Both the position numbers and the translations under genes were made by a program. From Mizuhopecten yessoensis (Eukaryota), in the NCBI RefSeq assembly GCF_002113885.1, contig NW_018406224.1:851693-915692 (forward strand): 64,000 bases of DNA, written 5' to 3'. Below are positions 40,074-54,700 of this stretch, piece by piece; the stretch's first letter is position 1, and the number at the start of each line of letters is the position of its first letter. Below the pieces are notes generated by a model. That model did not search any database. It was not told the origin of the DNA and saw only the letters and a list, made by a program, of their open reading frames with translations.

Positions 40074-40405
40074 GAATTACTAGAAATCGACAGGAGAGTG
40101 TGGAAAATCAACAGGACTTGGAATGGTACAGCTAGGAACCGGAAAGATTGGGACCCAGGAGTGGCATTGGAACCGGAAATAGAAAGATCTAGGAGTGGCA
40201 TAGGAACCAGAAATTAAGGGAAACATCAGTCAACGAAATTAGCTCTAACAACATGATGCTGAGATATATAGCATGTAAGTTTGTAACACTCTTGTTTATA
40301 CCAACACTTTTATGATGGATAGTTCTGTTTTATACCTTATCATTGTATTGCCTTCATGAACGAATAAAATGAATAAAACATAAAAAAATAAATAAAAAAA
40401 AAAAA
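40074..40405 (+). mobile_element. Poly(A)-tailed retroposed insert private to copy A
   Basis: Absent at the equivalent site in copy B (GAATAAT|ATGTTAC, ~52847); ends with AATAAA x2 plus an A-tract. Confidence 0.8.
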
Positions 40406-41639
40406 ATGTTAAAAAAGCAATTCACCTCATACGTTATATTTTATGTGTTCTATATATATTATTCCATTGCTACAAATAGTTCACTTATCTTCTGATATTT
40501 TGAATATATACATATCGTTTTGTTCTGGCATGGAAAAAACTGAAAATGCTTTGCCTGCTGTCTGAACAAAAACACGTTTATCACATAATGTACTGTGTTA
40601 TCCAGTGCTTATACCCATGTCATATTTGTTTGCGTATTAACCCATGTTATATGACCTATCAGCCCTGTGCTTTGTTGTCAGTTTCAATTGTTTCAATCGT
40701 GACATCACGCATAGGACAAGTACAGGACGTCACATACTTACGCACAGGAGTCAAAATGGCGGTGTTATTACATTTCAAGGTTGCATGAAAATTGTCGTTT
40801 AACACGAATAATACACCACAAATCCTGATATTTTGTGATAAAAAGGATCTTACGCTCGTTTTTTTATGTAAAATTTATGAAACTCTTAAAAATGGGAAAA
40901 TTCTTAGACGCGTTTCATAAATCTCATATGAAACGGACACTCATGTAAGATCCTATGTATATGTTATTCAAGCTTTTTATTTTACCTATAAATCTATAAA
41001 ACACCAGATAAGACTGCTGTCTAGTTCCCATCAAGGGAAATAAACAGATAAGGAAATAGACACGTACTTAAAGGCGATAATTGAAGCTCACAGATGGACT
41101 CATATGTAAGTTTTATTATTGCTTGTATCGTTTTTATTTAGATTTGTAATAGCAGTCAAACACTTATTGTTAAATATTTACTAGAATTTAAGATTTGTTA
41201 AATAAGTTTATAAATACATACATCAATTAAAAAAAAAAATCAATATATACACATATACAAATTGCAGCATTATTTTGTTGCAAATATGTTAATGGGAATA
41301 CATGGATTGAAACGTAGAAATCTAGATGCTTGAATGCTTACGAAATGTTTTGCAATACTTGGATGGTAACGAAAACAAATCCAGAGCACTTGGATGCTAC
41401 TGCAATGAAACATTAAGAACACTTGGATGGCTACGAAAAATTAAAATTAGAACATCACAATCCAGTAAAATCTTGTATATAAATACATTAAACAAATAAG
41501 TTAATATACACATATACAAATTGAAAGATTCTTTTTTTGAAAATATGACAATCGGAAGCCTTCTCCCAAATAACACTAACGTTTGATAGAAAACATAACT
41601 TCAATTATTCTAATGGGAATAACTGAGTTGATATTATCC

Positions 41640-42960
41640 AAAGTCCATATCTGATGCGTAAAGCTTGGTGTGGATTGTCAACAAACAGCATCCTAGTGCA
41701 AACGGTGGTCAACTGTTGTTGTTTCTTTATTCAATATATGCCTGAGATGCCATATTCAAAATTACCATTAGCAACACCAAAGCCAGGATCCAGTCTACTG
41801 GTGCACCAAAAGGCTGTAAAATACAAAACAATATCGTCAGTGACAATAAAGACGCTACGTTCACAACAATTTAAATGTAGTATTGGTTACAGTTTAGAGC
41901 CGCTTATGAACTGATACAAAATGCATCTTTATAAAATTATTGTATCGCACATTTAAAAGCATATATAGAAAATTACCATGAAACTACTGACCAGAAACCT
42001 TTTCGATGACGAGCGAGCTTTCGTTTTAACACATAGAATATGATATATTTAGTACATTATCCAAACGATCGGTTTTTGGTCGACGGCATCTTTGTTGAAA
42101 TTGTAAGAAGAATGTTTCGATAATGTGATTGAGATTGTTTTGTCTATTTTACTCTATAATATGACACTCGTTCTTTAATTTAACAAGGACTACGTCACAT
42201 AGTTATTTAATAATTCCCTTTGAATATTGTGATGTGGTTGGATACGTGTGGCAAAATGTAGCAACCATCTAAATGATCGTTAATAAATCAAGTTATAAGA
42301 TTCTGTCGATTTGTGTAGATCATGTATCATTGGAGCATTCAGAACAATTCATTGTATCAAATATGTCCAGGTAAGAAATGTAGAAATGTAGTGAGTGTCA
42401 TTCCTATCTAGACGATTTTTTCATAAAAGGCGAGATTGTTTTGCAACAGCACAATAACCAAATATAAACATAGCACAATAGCACGTCACGTTTCATGTCC
42501 ATGACATGTATACACACTTGGCTGGGAAATGTGTAATTGACATTAAGGAAAGTCCGCCACACAGGCGATTTAACAGGGGGTACTGTAGAGTATATGAACA
42601 CAGGCGTTGGTAATCAAACTGTCCTTATAACGTGCGTAGCACCGTTATTACAGGTGATACAGATTATTGTGAAACAAACATGAATAGTGATAGGAAAGAC
42701 ACGTCGTTCAAAATATAAAAGATATCAAAAAGATATTTTATGATATCTAGGAGAACAACAAAGTAAAGTAAACAAACTCGATTTACAGTCGTACGTGGAC
42801 ATATGTTACCGTCGAAGCGCACGAAAAGGAGTGAAATGAACTGTATGATCAATACCCTGGTTATTATGTGTAATACATGTAGAAACACTGTACACACATG
42901 AGCAGTCCTGATTGCAATTACACGTTTGTTCAGCTTTTGCTACCTGTACAAGATATCTGT
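41640..42960 (+). pseudogene. Fossil Cys-rich EGF-like ORF, copy B
   Basis: Paralogous to 35380-36620. Confidence 0.45.
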
Positions 42961-43208
42961 CACGAACGCTGATATACGACACTGAATGTATGGCGTGTAT
43001 TTGGGTATTAATATCATGACTGCACAATACCACTAGTAAACATGGGACAACAATGTTCCGTACCTATATTTACACATTTGTATATACTGTATTTGCAAAT
43101 AACTTGACGCATTTCCAAAGAAATACGATAAATGAGAACAAAGAAACAAAACAAAAGAGAGGAAAAAAGATCAACGTGTTTTCTTGTTTCAGTATTATAC
43201 ATTGTATC

Positions 43209-46000
43209 GGTGTGTTCCCTGAACGCATCCATATTGAGAACAATAGGTAGAAACATCAAAGGGAGGGTAATTATAGTTTGTATCATATATGTACTATATT
43301 TACCTGTAGATCTACCTGTGATAGCCCCAACAGTTGAACTTCATAATCAATGTGAAAGAAAACTAATTGTACATTAATATAAAGTGCAATATTTTTATTT
43401 GATAAATCCATACTTAATATCAATATATTATTTACATAAAATACAAATAGAACAGTGAAAGACATTATATATTTTAAAAGATATTAAATAATGAAACTTT
43501 GCATACAGGAGCTCAAATATTAATAACAACTTACTAATATAGATCAGTTATTCACATACAATACGGTCATCTGCCTTATGCTGATGCATATTAAATAATA
43601 GAATAATGACAAATCATTTCTCATACATCTCAGTGTGAAACTTGTAATGATACATATATAATAAATAAACAGCACTAATGAGTATCATCCGAGATTATAG
43701 CACACAGTTATAAAATCACAGCACTCTCCATTTGCTTCTATTCAACAGAGTTCTTGTATAAAGTAAATTCAACCTAAGTGTATAAGCTGGGATGCTGCGT
43801 CTACGTAGGTCATGGTGTCGATGGTGTTCTCAAGTGTCTGTTTCAGTAGGGCAAGGCGAGTGTCGAGGTATATGTGCTTCCTGGGTCGGGGTCTTTTGGT
43901 TCCTCCTGCGCGTCGTTGAAGTCTAGTGATCTCGTTTGTAGCCTGTATGTCCTTGAATGCCTGGATAATGGTAAAGATGTTCGGATGGGCGTGGTGTACA
44001 ATCTTCTTCAGCTTCCCGTGCCAGGCTTCCAAATTGCTAGTTGTGCGTCGTCCCTCGGTGTTGTAGAGGTTCCAAACCACTCGGTCTCCATCTATCCACT
44101 GGTCAACAATGTAGTCTGGGAATGGTGTAACGTCTGCTGGTAGGTCAGCGTCCTCGATGTCCTCTAATGCTCGAAACCAAACATCTTCAACTTGGTGCTG
44201 GGGTACAAGTGGCAAAACAGCTGCGCGGCGAACCAGTCTTCTAGTGTCCTCATTGTCAAAGTAGGGAAGTTGTAGTCAAGTCATCTGTGCCTTTCGCCAC
44301 ACGCATTGAGTAAAGTGGAAGAAGCATCCTTTGGTGTTGGTCCCTGGGAAGACGGTGCGGATGGCGTTGTAGACAGCTGTTTCGAAGTCGACGAATACAG
44401 TGGTTGGCATCATGGGTAGGTTGTTGTCTGTCATTAATGTCTACAGAAGTGTGAAGAATCTAGTATAGATGTGTTGGCTTTTCCCTGGTAGAAGGGCGTA
44501 TACGACTGGGTACATGGATCCATCTATCTCGATGTGTATGGTGTAGATCTGATGGAAGATGCTAGGACAGGTGTAGAAGGTTCCATCGCAGTAGATGCGG
44601 TCAGCTGTATCAAGGTCAGCTAAGTCAATGTGCAAGAAGCGCTCTCCAGTAGTGGTTTCTGTCCATCTTCCCTCGAGTTCAATGTCCTGGGTTTTCGTTG
44701 GTAGCTTTTGGTGTTAGCTTGCGTCTAGCTCTGTACAGTTGAGATTTCAAAGTGTTGAAGGTGGGTATCTTCTCCACAACGGCTCTTGTATCATCATCCA
44801 ATTCGTCGTCGCGCAGTCTAAAGAGATCCTCATTGTAGATAGTAGGAATTGGTCTAATTTTTTGCTGGCAGCGGTCAGTAATGAAGTTCATGATCTCCTT
44901 GGCAACGACGCTGGCGTGATCTCCCTGGTGATCGTGCGGATGTCGTCCGACTCCTACTATGATGTTGTTGCGGGTATTGATCGTAGCAAGACAGTTGGTG
45001 ATGGTGCATCTCAAGTAAGTTCTGAAAGAAATAAAAAGGGAAATTGTATAATCTTGATTATTGTGATGAGAAATTACAGATATATACACTGTACATTATC
45101 GCATACAAGCCTTCCGTATTTTTGTCATTCCGTAATTTTGATCTACAAATGATACAAAATCGCACAGTTGTGCGGAGAGAAGCGCACAACGTGGCGAACG
45201 ATTGCTAAATCGCACAGTTGTTCGCACCATGTGTGGACGATGTGCGAACGTTGTGTGAACGATGTATGCACGGTGTGCGCACGCTATTTTTGGTGCGTTG
45301 TGCGGTCCCGAAACTGTATATAATAAACCTATGCATGATCATTTACCTTTCTCCACGAGATGACCTAATTCTGTAAAAGTGACCGTTATATGCTAAGTTG
45401 TTACCACCTATTATATTTCTAATAAACTTATAAGCTAACTGAGCATTAGCCATGATTGGAAATTAACAGTATCAGCACAAATTGTAGAATGATAGCATTG
45501 AAAATAATTTTGAAGTTTATATAGCTAGATAGCTTGGATACTCACCTCAAAGTGTCATGCCATCTGTAGCCTGGGCTCCATTAATACAGTTCATTATTTT
45601 TTTAACTGATCTCAGAGAAGTGAACAGTTTTTAAATTAATACATTTCATTTGCAATATATCTTTTGAACCAGTAACTTTAACAAATTACTTTGATAGAAA
45701 ATGATAAAATAAATGAAACTTAAATCGAAATGATTTATTGTTATCGGAAAGATTTTTTTGTTGATAAGCGCATAAAACGTATATAATAAATGTAAGTCTT
45801 CATATACATTTTAATTTCATATAAAAATTCATAACATATCAATCTGGAATTTCTTTCACATGTACAGGTGAAAAACACAGGTAAAAACACAGGTAAAAAG
45901 CACAGGTAAATCAAACTAACTTTAACAAAATAGGCTATAATCACTATAAAACATATTTACTGATATGTGTTTTTAAAATGTATGCGTTCAGGGATACAGC
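43209..46000 (-). mobile_element. Mutator-like (MULE) DNA transposon with both termini
   Basis: 9-bp TSD CATTGTATC (43200-43208, 46001-46009); imperfect TIRs TCCCTGAACGCAT with TTTACCTGT subterminal motifs; empty site in copy C (~59720). Confidence 0.93.
43769..45023 (-). pseudogene. MULE DDE transposase with FLYWCH-like N-terminus, disrupted
   Basis: YLRC..C..HPHDH; IYCDGTFYTCP..QIYTIH; YALLPGKS; VDFETAV..FPG..GCFFHFTQCVWRK; RTTSNLEAWH; split by a frameshift and stops into ORFs 44679-45089, 44441-44635 and 43769-44215. Confidence 0.93.
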
Positions 46001-46344
46001 CATTGTATCTGAACGGGACACATATCCGGTTTTGTTTGGTTTGTTTTTGTGTTTATTTTGTTTTGTTTTCGGTTTTGTTTAAAGAAAAGTTCTGAGAGAT
46101 ATCTTGACGTTCATGCTTTTAATTTAAAACATTATGGAAACACATATCCTTTATACAAACATAAATCACGCTAGCTATAGAGTCCATTCCGAGATTGTCA
46201 GATTTAGTCGCTAGATGTACAATGCGTCGATCAGTAAACATTGTCTGATGTATGAGACATTAGTACTGGTTTCATCCAAAAACACTTCAATCCATAGTGA
46301 TACAAATATAGACTCGATTTTCTAATTCGTAATGCAAATAAACA

Positions 46345-47672
46345 ACTAGAAATATGTCAGAATGACAATAATGACAGAAAAGGCTCAATCTTATATACGG
46401 TTAATTTTTTACTTTTTTTTGTGTTATGAAATACACTTTTCAAAGTAGTTTCCTGATCGTCTGCAAATCCGACTGTATCGGTCATCGATATCGGCAAAGT
46501 GTGTACGCTTTAAGGCAGTCACTCACACAGGTCCGACGAGTACTGCCAACAGCCGAATTCGAGTGACATGAAGAACACCAAACAATTGTGATTTCAGCAA
46601 TTTTCCTTCGAAAAGGAAAGATCGGAATGTATTTGGCTGTTTTGAACCCGTTAATATTTATTTTTCAAACTCAAACTTCTATCATTATCGGTTCAATTCG
46701 CATGGATGTCACCTTGTACATTTCTGCCGGTTAATAATATCACGCGACCTTGACTCTTTGCGGTACACAAACTTTGCATTTTACCCTAGAACGACATTTT
46801 AACCACAGAGTGATAAATGCGATGCAGTTCTTCGTTATGTTTCCCGATACAAGGCATTTATCAATATTCACAACGTAACGTCGTGAAAAGTTGGGTCTAC
46901 TTTACTCGAGTTTATTAATCCGATTCTGTCGTATAATATGACTTAAACTTGCACCTTTTCGTAATTGTTAAATTGGCAATGCAATCAGGGGTTATTCAAC
47001 GAAATTTAGCAGTTTATTGCAGCGAGCATATTTCAAAACATTTCCGAAAATCCTCGAAAGAAAGATTTACGAGAAATGGTCGCGACCAAGGACTGGTTTT
47101 GGAATGTTCTTGAGTATCGTGTACATCCCTTGCTTGACACTTCATTTTTTCCTTAAAAAAGTGCGCACTTTATGCAAATATTAACGTTAGTCGTTGGTCC
47201 GACATAAAATATCTAAATCAATCTGTAAGTTTTATTTGTCTAACAGACACGGGCATTCATTATGCAAATTATCGTGCAGGTCACATTATGCCGTTTTCCA
47301 TTGGTGTAAACGCCACCTACTGTTCGCACTGCCTACAACAACACACGATTCTCCTCCGCCGTTTTTGCACTTCATAGAGGCGGCCATTTTGTTTCCACTG
47401 AAGCGTAGCTGTCAAAATGCCACGGAGGTAATAGCCGCCGATCATGTGACCGAGTAATGACGGCGCGAATAACTTTTTAAATTAATGGCGCGAAAAGTTG
47501 TCTATTCCTGTTTAAAAAGGAAATCGATATCATAGTTATCCAAGAGTTTGTAATTAACATCGAGTATATTCCGACAGAAGCATACACTTAAAAGCCCAAG
47601 ACAACAGAGGTCAAAATCTGGGACTAAAACCGAAATTGATAGTCCACACTGGGGTTCCCCCAGGGGTGACTA
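46345..47672 (+). mobile_element. Helentron-associated (HINE-like) insertion private to copy B
   Basis: Starts ACTAGAAATATGTCAG..TGACA and ends with hairpin TAGTC..CTGGGG TT CCCCCAG..GACTA; absent in copies A (~36810) and C (~60050); A-rich target, no TSD. Confidence 0.75.
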
Positions 47673-49869
47673 ATAATAACATATCTACCTGCATTGCAAA
47701 GAGGATCCCCACAATAGAAATAAGGGGAATTAATGCAAGAGCTTCCCATCTGGGCATCTAAAAAATAATTAAAGATCTGATGAGTCAAAATACCAAAACA
47801 AGAAGCTGGTAAGCAACACCATATTCACGTGAACATTTCATATTGGGATAAGGACATTGACTTAACTCCACGTCTTTAAAGAGAGTTTTGTCGATTTTCA
47901 AACGTTTCACTTCTTCAAATAAATTGACTAAATTGCTAATTTTCAAATATGAAGATAATTTTGAATTCCATTCAATATTGCTTTTGAATGTATCGTAAGT
48001 AGCTGTAATCAGCTTACATTTAGTGTAACAATTTTCGAGTCTAAGAAGCTTTTATACGCTAACTTTTAGTCTAACGCAGTTCAGGTTTATCGTAAGAAAC
48101 TACATGTAGTTTAACTACGTTTGAGGCTATGGAAAGGAGCTGTGATAAGCTGGCATTTGCTTTAATTAATAAATATTTATTCAAACAATGTTATAGTCAA
48201 AATTAAGTAGCTTTAATATGGTTGCATCTGTCTACCGTAGTTAAAGACTATCATTAGTTGCTCTGCTAATCTATTACAACGTCTGTAAAGGTTGTAATGA
48301 CCTAACATAGTATATGAATATTTGTGTCTATCCTTTGTTCTTTATGCGGTTTAATCAACTAAAATGATTAACTATGTACTTTAAATTTGTTCATCGAAGC
48401 ATGGTACACTCTTGAACACCTTATTGGAAAACAGACGCGGCTTGTTTACGGGGGGAAATCTTTGTGAATTAGGTAATGAACGCTTGCTTAATTTTACTCG
48501 TCAAAAAATGACGCGGCTGAGCCACTACCTGCTCTTTTCCAAAGTCTTATATTTCGACCTCTTTGATATGATGTGCGTCATTCACCTCAAGTTCACAGAC
48601 CACCCCTCATAACCAAGTAATTTACCGGCAAACAATATTTTTCAGTTGTGCATGGATCTAGTGTTGTGCCAAAGTCTGCTGCTGTTGTACCCCACTTACT
48701 TACAGTTTTCAGCATACGTGTTTATTGAACTTCGCTGAGCTAAATGTATGTATAATGCTCTTCTAGTCATTACTTATCTGGACATATATGATGTGAACTG
48801 ATTTTGATAAGTGATGCTTAATTTATTTGCATGTACACAGTACTCATCACATTATTATTTCATCTTGCCATACACTTTGATGTGAAGTTAGCTTGATACA
48901 TAATATCGGGGATTGTAACAAAAGTTGAAAATTTGCCAGAAAAACAAGAACATAAACGATACCTTATAACCCCAATTAAACGACTGATGTTTGACTTGTC
49001 ATCTCATTTCAATGTCATTATTCATATTTGTCAATGTATATATTGCCAAATTCCTTATAAGGTCAGCGTGTCCAAGAACAAGTTGTCACAAATGTCGAGT
49101 ATATCAATTTTAGATATACTGCAGATACTCTACCCTATTTTTTTCAGGAATGAAACAACACAAAGTAACTTATCTCTGTGATACAAAAGCTCATATATAG
49201 ATTGAACGGCGGTTTCTGAATTGTCATGCCGGTATGAACGCAAATCGGTTACATCCATATTGCACGAAGCCCTCATGTAACCGATTTGCGTTAATACCGA
49301 CATGAAAATTTAAAAAAAAACGGCGTTCAATCCATATATGTACATTTTTACTATAGAATATTTGTTTAATGATATTTATTTGTTCTTAATTTTTTTTTTT
49401 ATTCACTGCATTTTGTATATGCGCCGCCCTTTTAACAACATTGACGGAACAGCACTATTTAAGTAAAATTGGCACAAAACATTAACCGAATTCATTTAAG
49501 CGTGTTATCCGAAACGAAGCGACACGACTCTCATTGAACAATGTTAATATATGACGTCATAAGTAAACCACGTGTCACGTCACGGGAGTTTTTGCTTTCA
49601 TACTCAAATGAAATGCATTTTTGCTGGTAATGTTCATATAGTGGGTTGCAGCGAAAATGTAAATATATTGTGAATAGCAATAATCTGAGATGTTTAATAA
49701 AAAATGATGTAATAGGTTGGTAAAAGCTACGATCTTCTCATTTCCCCCCTTTTTCATATAAAGTTTTAATAAAGCAAAATGGAATTACATAAATACTCAT
49801 CTCCTAGCAATTGATGGGGAGGTAGTAATTGAACAAAATGACAATTGTGACGAAATAAAAAGAATTGAT

Positions 49870-50870
49870 GTCACCTCCTAGTCAAAAGATTCCTGTATTA
49901 AACTTTTTTGTTATATGGATTTTTGGAATAAGGAGTTAATGACATAGTAGAAAATGCAAAAACAATTAGATATCCGTGTATTCGTTTTTGTGCTTTGATC
50001 GATCAAAGATACCAATTTAACACAATATGTGATTTTAGGTGATTTTTTGGTTTTGACCATTTGCAGAACAAATTCATACAATTTCTTTTAAGTGTTTTTC
50101 AGATATTTATGAATGTTTGTAGACTTGATAAAAATATTACCTTCTTTTAAAATATGTAAGTAAAATTTCTTAATCTTATTCTTTAAACTAAGAAATGTGA
50201 TTTAAGTTACACCTACCCCTTATTTTTTAATGAAAAAATACTCATTTGTTCACCATTTTTTGCAGATTAAACGCTTGATATAAAAAGTTCTGCTATTAAA
50301 CTGTTTTTAATATTTAACGAATAAAAGAAAATGTGTTTCTCTTTTCTAAAACAGTCACAAAAATGGAGGTTCGTGTGCTTCTTTTTTGTCCCATTATTAT
50401 TTGTGTAATTTTTCACCTTTTTCGGGGTCAAAAATCAAAAGTGCTTCGGTTACACTAAATATGTTAAGAAATACCAATAATGTATAATTTTCCACTTTGT
50501 TGCATACTATTTTTTATCATATTGAACATTATAAAGTTTTACAACAAAATTAAACCTTCTACAATTAAAAATTGGCGACACAATGACAATTTAAGTGATC
50601 GATCTAGTGTCAAAAAGGTGAAATTTTGGCCTTTTGTGAAGCGCAAGTAAAACACATTAATACACATTTTCAAAATGGCCGCCGAATTGGTCATTTTTTT
50701 ATATTCTTGAAAAAAAAAGTTCTACAAACAACAGGCATCTAGTTTTTTGAAATTTTTTCAGATGCGTGTTTGCTATTGAATTGATCATAATTTGTTAAAT
50801 ATTACAAAAAGCCGTTATACCAGATCAAAAAGAGACTTGAACGTGATTAAAACCTCAGAAGAGTACATCC
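49870..50870. mobile_element. Non-autonomous Kolobok-like (TTAA-target) insertion private to copy B
   Basis: Right end GAGTACATCC|TTAA; empty site GTTAACACATTC in copy C (~62337); left terminus damaged. Confidence 0.6.
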
Positions 50871-53800
50871 TTAACACATTCACATAAAATTTGCTCAGTC
50901 TAATGACAAAATATGGAGGACGAAAGAAAAAAGAAAAAAAGAAAGGAAACAAATGCAATTTTTTTCAGGTGTGATTTGAACAGAAAATAATGACTAGCAG
51001 ATCATCAGGGTTTCAGAGTTATGTGATAAAGGACTGTTTATCTTTATATAATTAATTATAAATATCAGGTAAAAGGAGGATAAATTGCAAAGTAAAATAC
51101 TAAGGTTAATGGTACGAACAAGTTTAACTGCATGTGGTTTTTATTATATTATGTCCAATACCATTATTGTAAAATATTCGCATTGGGCCTTTTCAAAGTA
51201 AATATTTCATAAAATTTAGATATTGCCATTCATTTTACAGAACTGTAGTCGTTAGAAATTCGAATGTTAACAAATAAAAATAAAAACAAACAAAAACAAA
51301 TACAGCATAAAAGCGAGAGTCCAATTTAAGGGCCAAAAAGCATAAGGAAAACCTAACAGGAGGAGTTACTCAGGGAGAGGGATTGCTAAATCCTCTATAC
51401 AAAGCGAACACAAACTTGAATGGAACTTTGCTTTGAACTTAAAACTGATGCAATGGTATCCTTTACCGTCATGTTAATTACATAAATACATAACATACTC
51501 TTTAATCTAGAAAAAAAACATTGATTTCCCCATGGAGAAAAGCTTAAGCGTTATTCTGTAAGTTATGACAATTCTGTATCTAATTCACCCCCTTAAATCA
51601 TTTACATCTCTTCATATCAAGATCAAGATATGCAATATCAGATTCAAAATGAGCCCCCTAGGCAAAACAAGTATTTAAAAAAAAAAAAAAAAAAAAACTC
51701 CCATACTCCTAGTTCACATCCGTGATTGTATGTGCAGTGTGTAAGGGTGCACGTATGTGTTTAATTATTTGAGTAATACTAACGATTAAAGACATCTTGT
51801 TAAATTTTACCTTAAAACATTCATGGAAAACCTAGACGATTAAACATAAAGTGATATCAATGTTATTGAACCACATGTCAATAAACATCATAAGCATCAA
51901 TTTCACGATAATATCATCATCCCCCATCAATAACCTGCATGTACATAATAGTATATCCTTTCCATGTCATGTGATTATAGAATAATTTAATTTTGTTACA
52001 GTTACGCATATCACTCTTTGTTAATTTGAAAGAAAACTGAAGTAAGTACCCAAGGCAGAAAAACAGCTGTCCTAATATCTCTGAACATTTCACAAATGTA
52101 AGCAAACAAAATTTGATATTACCTTCAGGCAATGAAAGTGACCTAAATAATGTCTGAAAGAATCCTTATCCGAATAGTTTCTGTGGATAACCTTGTAAAA
52201 ATATTAATCATAACTTATATGTATGTCTTCGTTACTCTGTTTCTGAGTATTAATGTAATTACCTGCATAACAATAGTTTTTACATTAATAATCAATCTTC
52301 TTACCTCTGATAGCAGTGAGTTACACATGTGGATAATTTATTTTATGTAGTATCATGTTGTTATTTAAGTTACAGATATTTTTGCTTTGAAATAATTAAA
52401 TATTTTGATGAAATATTCATTATAAGTCATCATTCTTTGTAGAACGTTACGCTATGTTTAGATGTGCTGTTTGTATGTGCGCATGTAATAGAATGAGTAT
52501 AGTTTTTAAGAACACATCTAAAAGATGATAAAATATCATAATCACTTAATATCATACCATATTATTATTATCATGTCCACTAAATATTATTCTATAATAT
52601 TATCATCATGTCCACTAAATATTATTCTATATTATTATAACTTAATATCATATCATATTATTATTACCACTATATATAACATCATATTATCAATACCACT
52701 AAATATCATACTTTATTATTAAAGCCACTTTATATGTGCCTTTCATTAAATTATCCCGGTCATGAACAAATACATTTTCAATTCAACAAAACTTATTCTC
52801 GCAAGCAGCTAAGCTTAGATATGTCAATCCCTGTAATAATGAATAATATGTTACAAAATCAATTCACCTCATACGTTACATTTTATGTGTTCTTATATCT
52901 TATTGAATTGCTTAAAATAGTTCACTTATCTTCTGATATTTTAAATATATACATATCGTTTTGTTCTGGCATGGAAAAGACTTAAAAATGCTTTGCCTGC
53001 TGTCTGATCAATAAAAACGTTGATCACATAATGTACTGTGTTTTTCAGTGAGTATACCCATGTCATATTTGTTTGCGTATTAACCCATGTAATATGACCT
53101 ATCAGCCCTGTGCTTTGTTGTCAGTTTCAATTGTTTCAATTGTGACATCACGCGTAGGACAAGTACAGGACGTCACAGACTTACGCACTGGAGTTTAAAT
53201 GGCGTTTTTTTTACATTTCAAGGTTGCATGAAAATTGTCGTTTAACACGATTAAATGCCACGAATCTTGATTATGTGATAAAAAGGATCTTACACTCGTT
53301 TTGTTTTCATCTGAAATATATGAAACTCTTAAAAATGGGAAAATTCTTAGACGCGTTTCATAAATCTCATATGAAACGGACACTCATGTAAGATCCTATG
53401 TATATGTTATTCAAGCTTTTTATTTTACCTATAAATCTATAAAACACCAGATAAGACTGCTGTCTAGTTCCCATAAAGGGAAAAAACAGATAAGGAAATA
53501 TACACGTACTTAAAGGCGATAAAGGTTCACAGATGGACTAAAGCACGTTATATTTATGATGTTGTAGCGTTAATAGGCTTCATTATATATCTAATGGTGT
53601 ATAGCTTAAAATGTATAGCAGAATATATGTTGTCCTCCATAACTTCTTGTCAATATTATCTATGCCGACATTTAAACAAAGAAAACGTGGACATTTATCT
53701 GTAAAGACATGCTTCACGAAAAGATTTATTAACATATGATTGGAGATGAATCAAAGAGGAGTCGCCATTATACACAAGAGTTAATGTGTTAACACATGTG

Positions 53801-54389
53801 CTAATATACAACGGACGCATGCCAAAGCAATAGTTACTCGTGTCTAAAGATAGCAGGATGAAAGTAAAGCTGACGTAATATACCAAAATACACCAGTATT
53901 TAACAGCTTACAATCTATCAATTGTAAATAAATTGTTTTTAAGACAATGACATTTACAGTAATAGCTATTATTGGGCTAAAAAGTCTCCATCAGTAATAA
54001 TAATAATTACGTTAGCATTTATCATTTTGATCAGCTTGACGACAGACAAGTCAAAACAGAATTGTTCTCGACTATTTTCGTTTTTTATATTCACAACTAG
54101 AATTGAATCTACCAAATGTATTAACTTAAACAGATAATATTCTGGAAGGAAAGTTTACAATCGGTATGTGAAGTATTTCTTTCATCTAATCATCATTAAT
54201 TTGCAGCGGTACTTACGTTGATCTTGTCTCTGTCTGAGAGATAGTTTGCACCGCAGAAGAGCACTATTGATTACTGGACTGATTACACTGCACTTAATAC
54301 TATATAATAGGTGTAGTGTGTACCGGCTAGTTAAAATAATGTATACACACTGGCTACTACTGCGTCACCTGTACGTATTGATTAATAAC

Positions 54390-54700
54390 TAGTACAGACG
54401 GATTGCTATTCAATACAAACGGATTTATACATTTCTTCGTACAAACAGACTGCTGATTTGTACATTCGGATAGCTTATTCGTACAAACGGAATTTTGCTT
54501 CGTGTAAAAAGATTGCTAGCTCGTTCATACGGAATACTTATCCGTACAACCTGTTTTATACTCAGTGCATATAAATAACTTATTGTACACACGGATGCAT
54601 ATTTCGTACATACATATTACCTATTCGTAGATATTAATTAATTAATTACTAACCCGTATATACAGAATTCTAATTCGTACAGATAGAATACTTACTTTCA
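54390..54700. repeat. Decayed ~21-bp tandem array (TTCGTACAAACGGATTACTTA-like)
   Basis: Recurring CGTACA.ACGGA motif. Confidence 0.65.

Larger units (their letters stand above)
34479..41100. repeat. Segmental duplication, copy A
   Basis: Colinear homology to 41101-53539 and 57433-62756 (e.g. GCCAGGATCCAGTCTAC, GTGCCAAAGTCTGCTGCTGTTG); ends CACAGATGGACT. Confidence 0.95.
41101..53539. repeat. Segmental duplication, copy B (head-to-tail with A; expanded by three TE insertions)
   Basis: Starts at the equivalent of A ~34853 and ends at the same CACAGATGGACT. Confidence 0.95.

Noticed and set aside
43874-45152. Plus-strand ORFs 43874-44143 and 44739-45152
   Set aside because: Antisense shadows of the MULE transposase.
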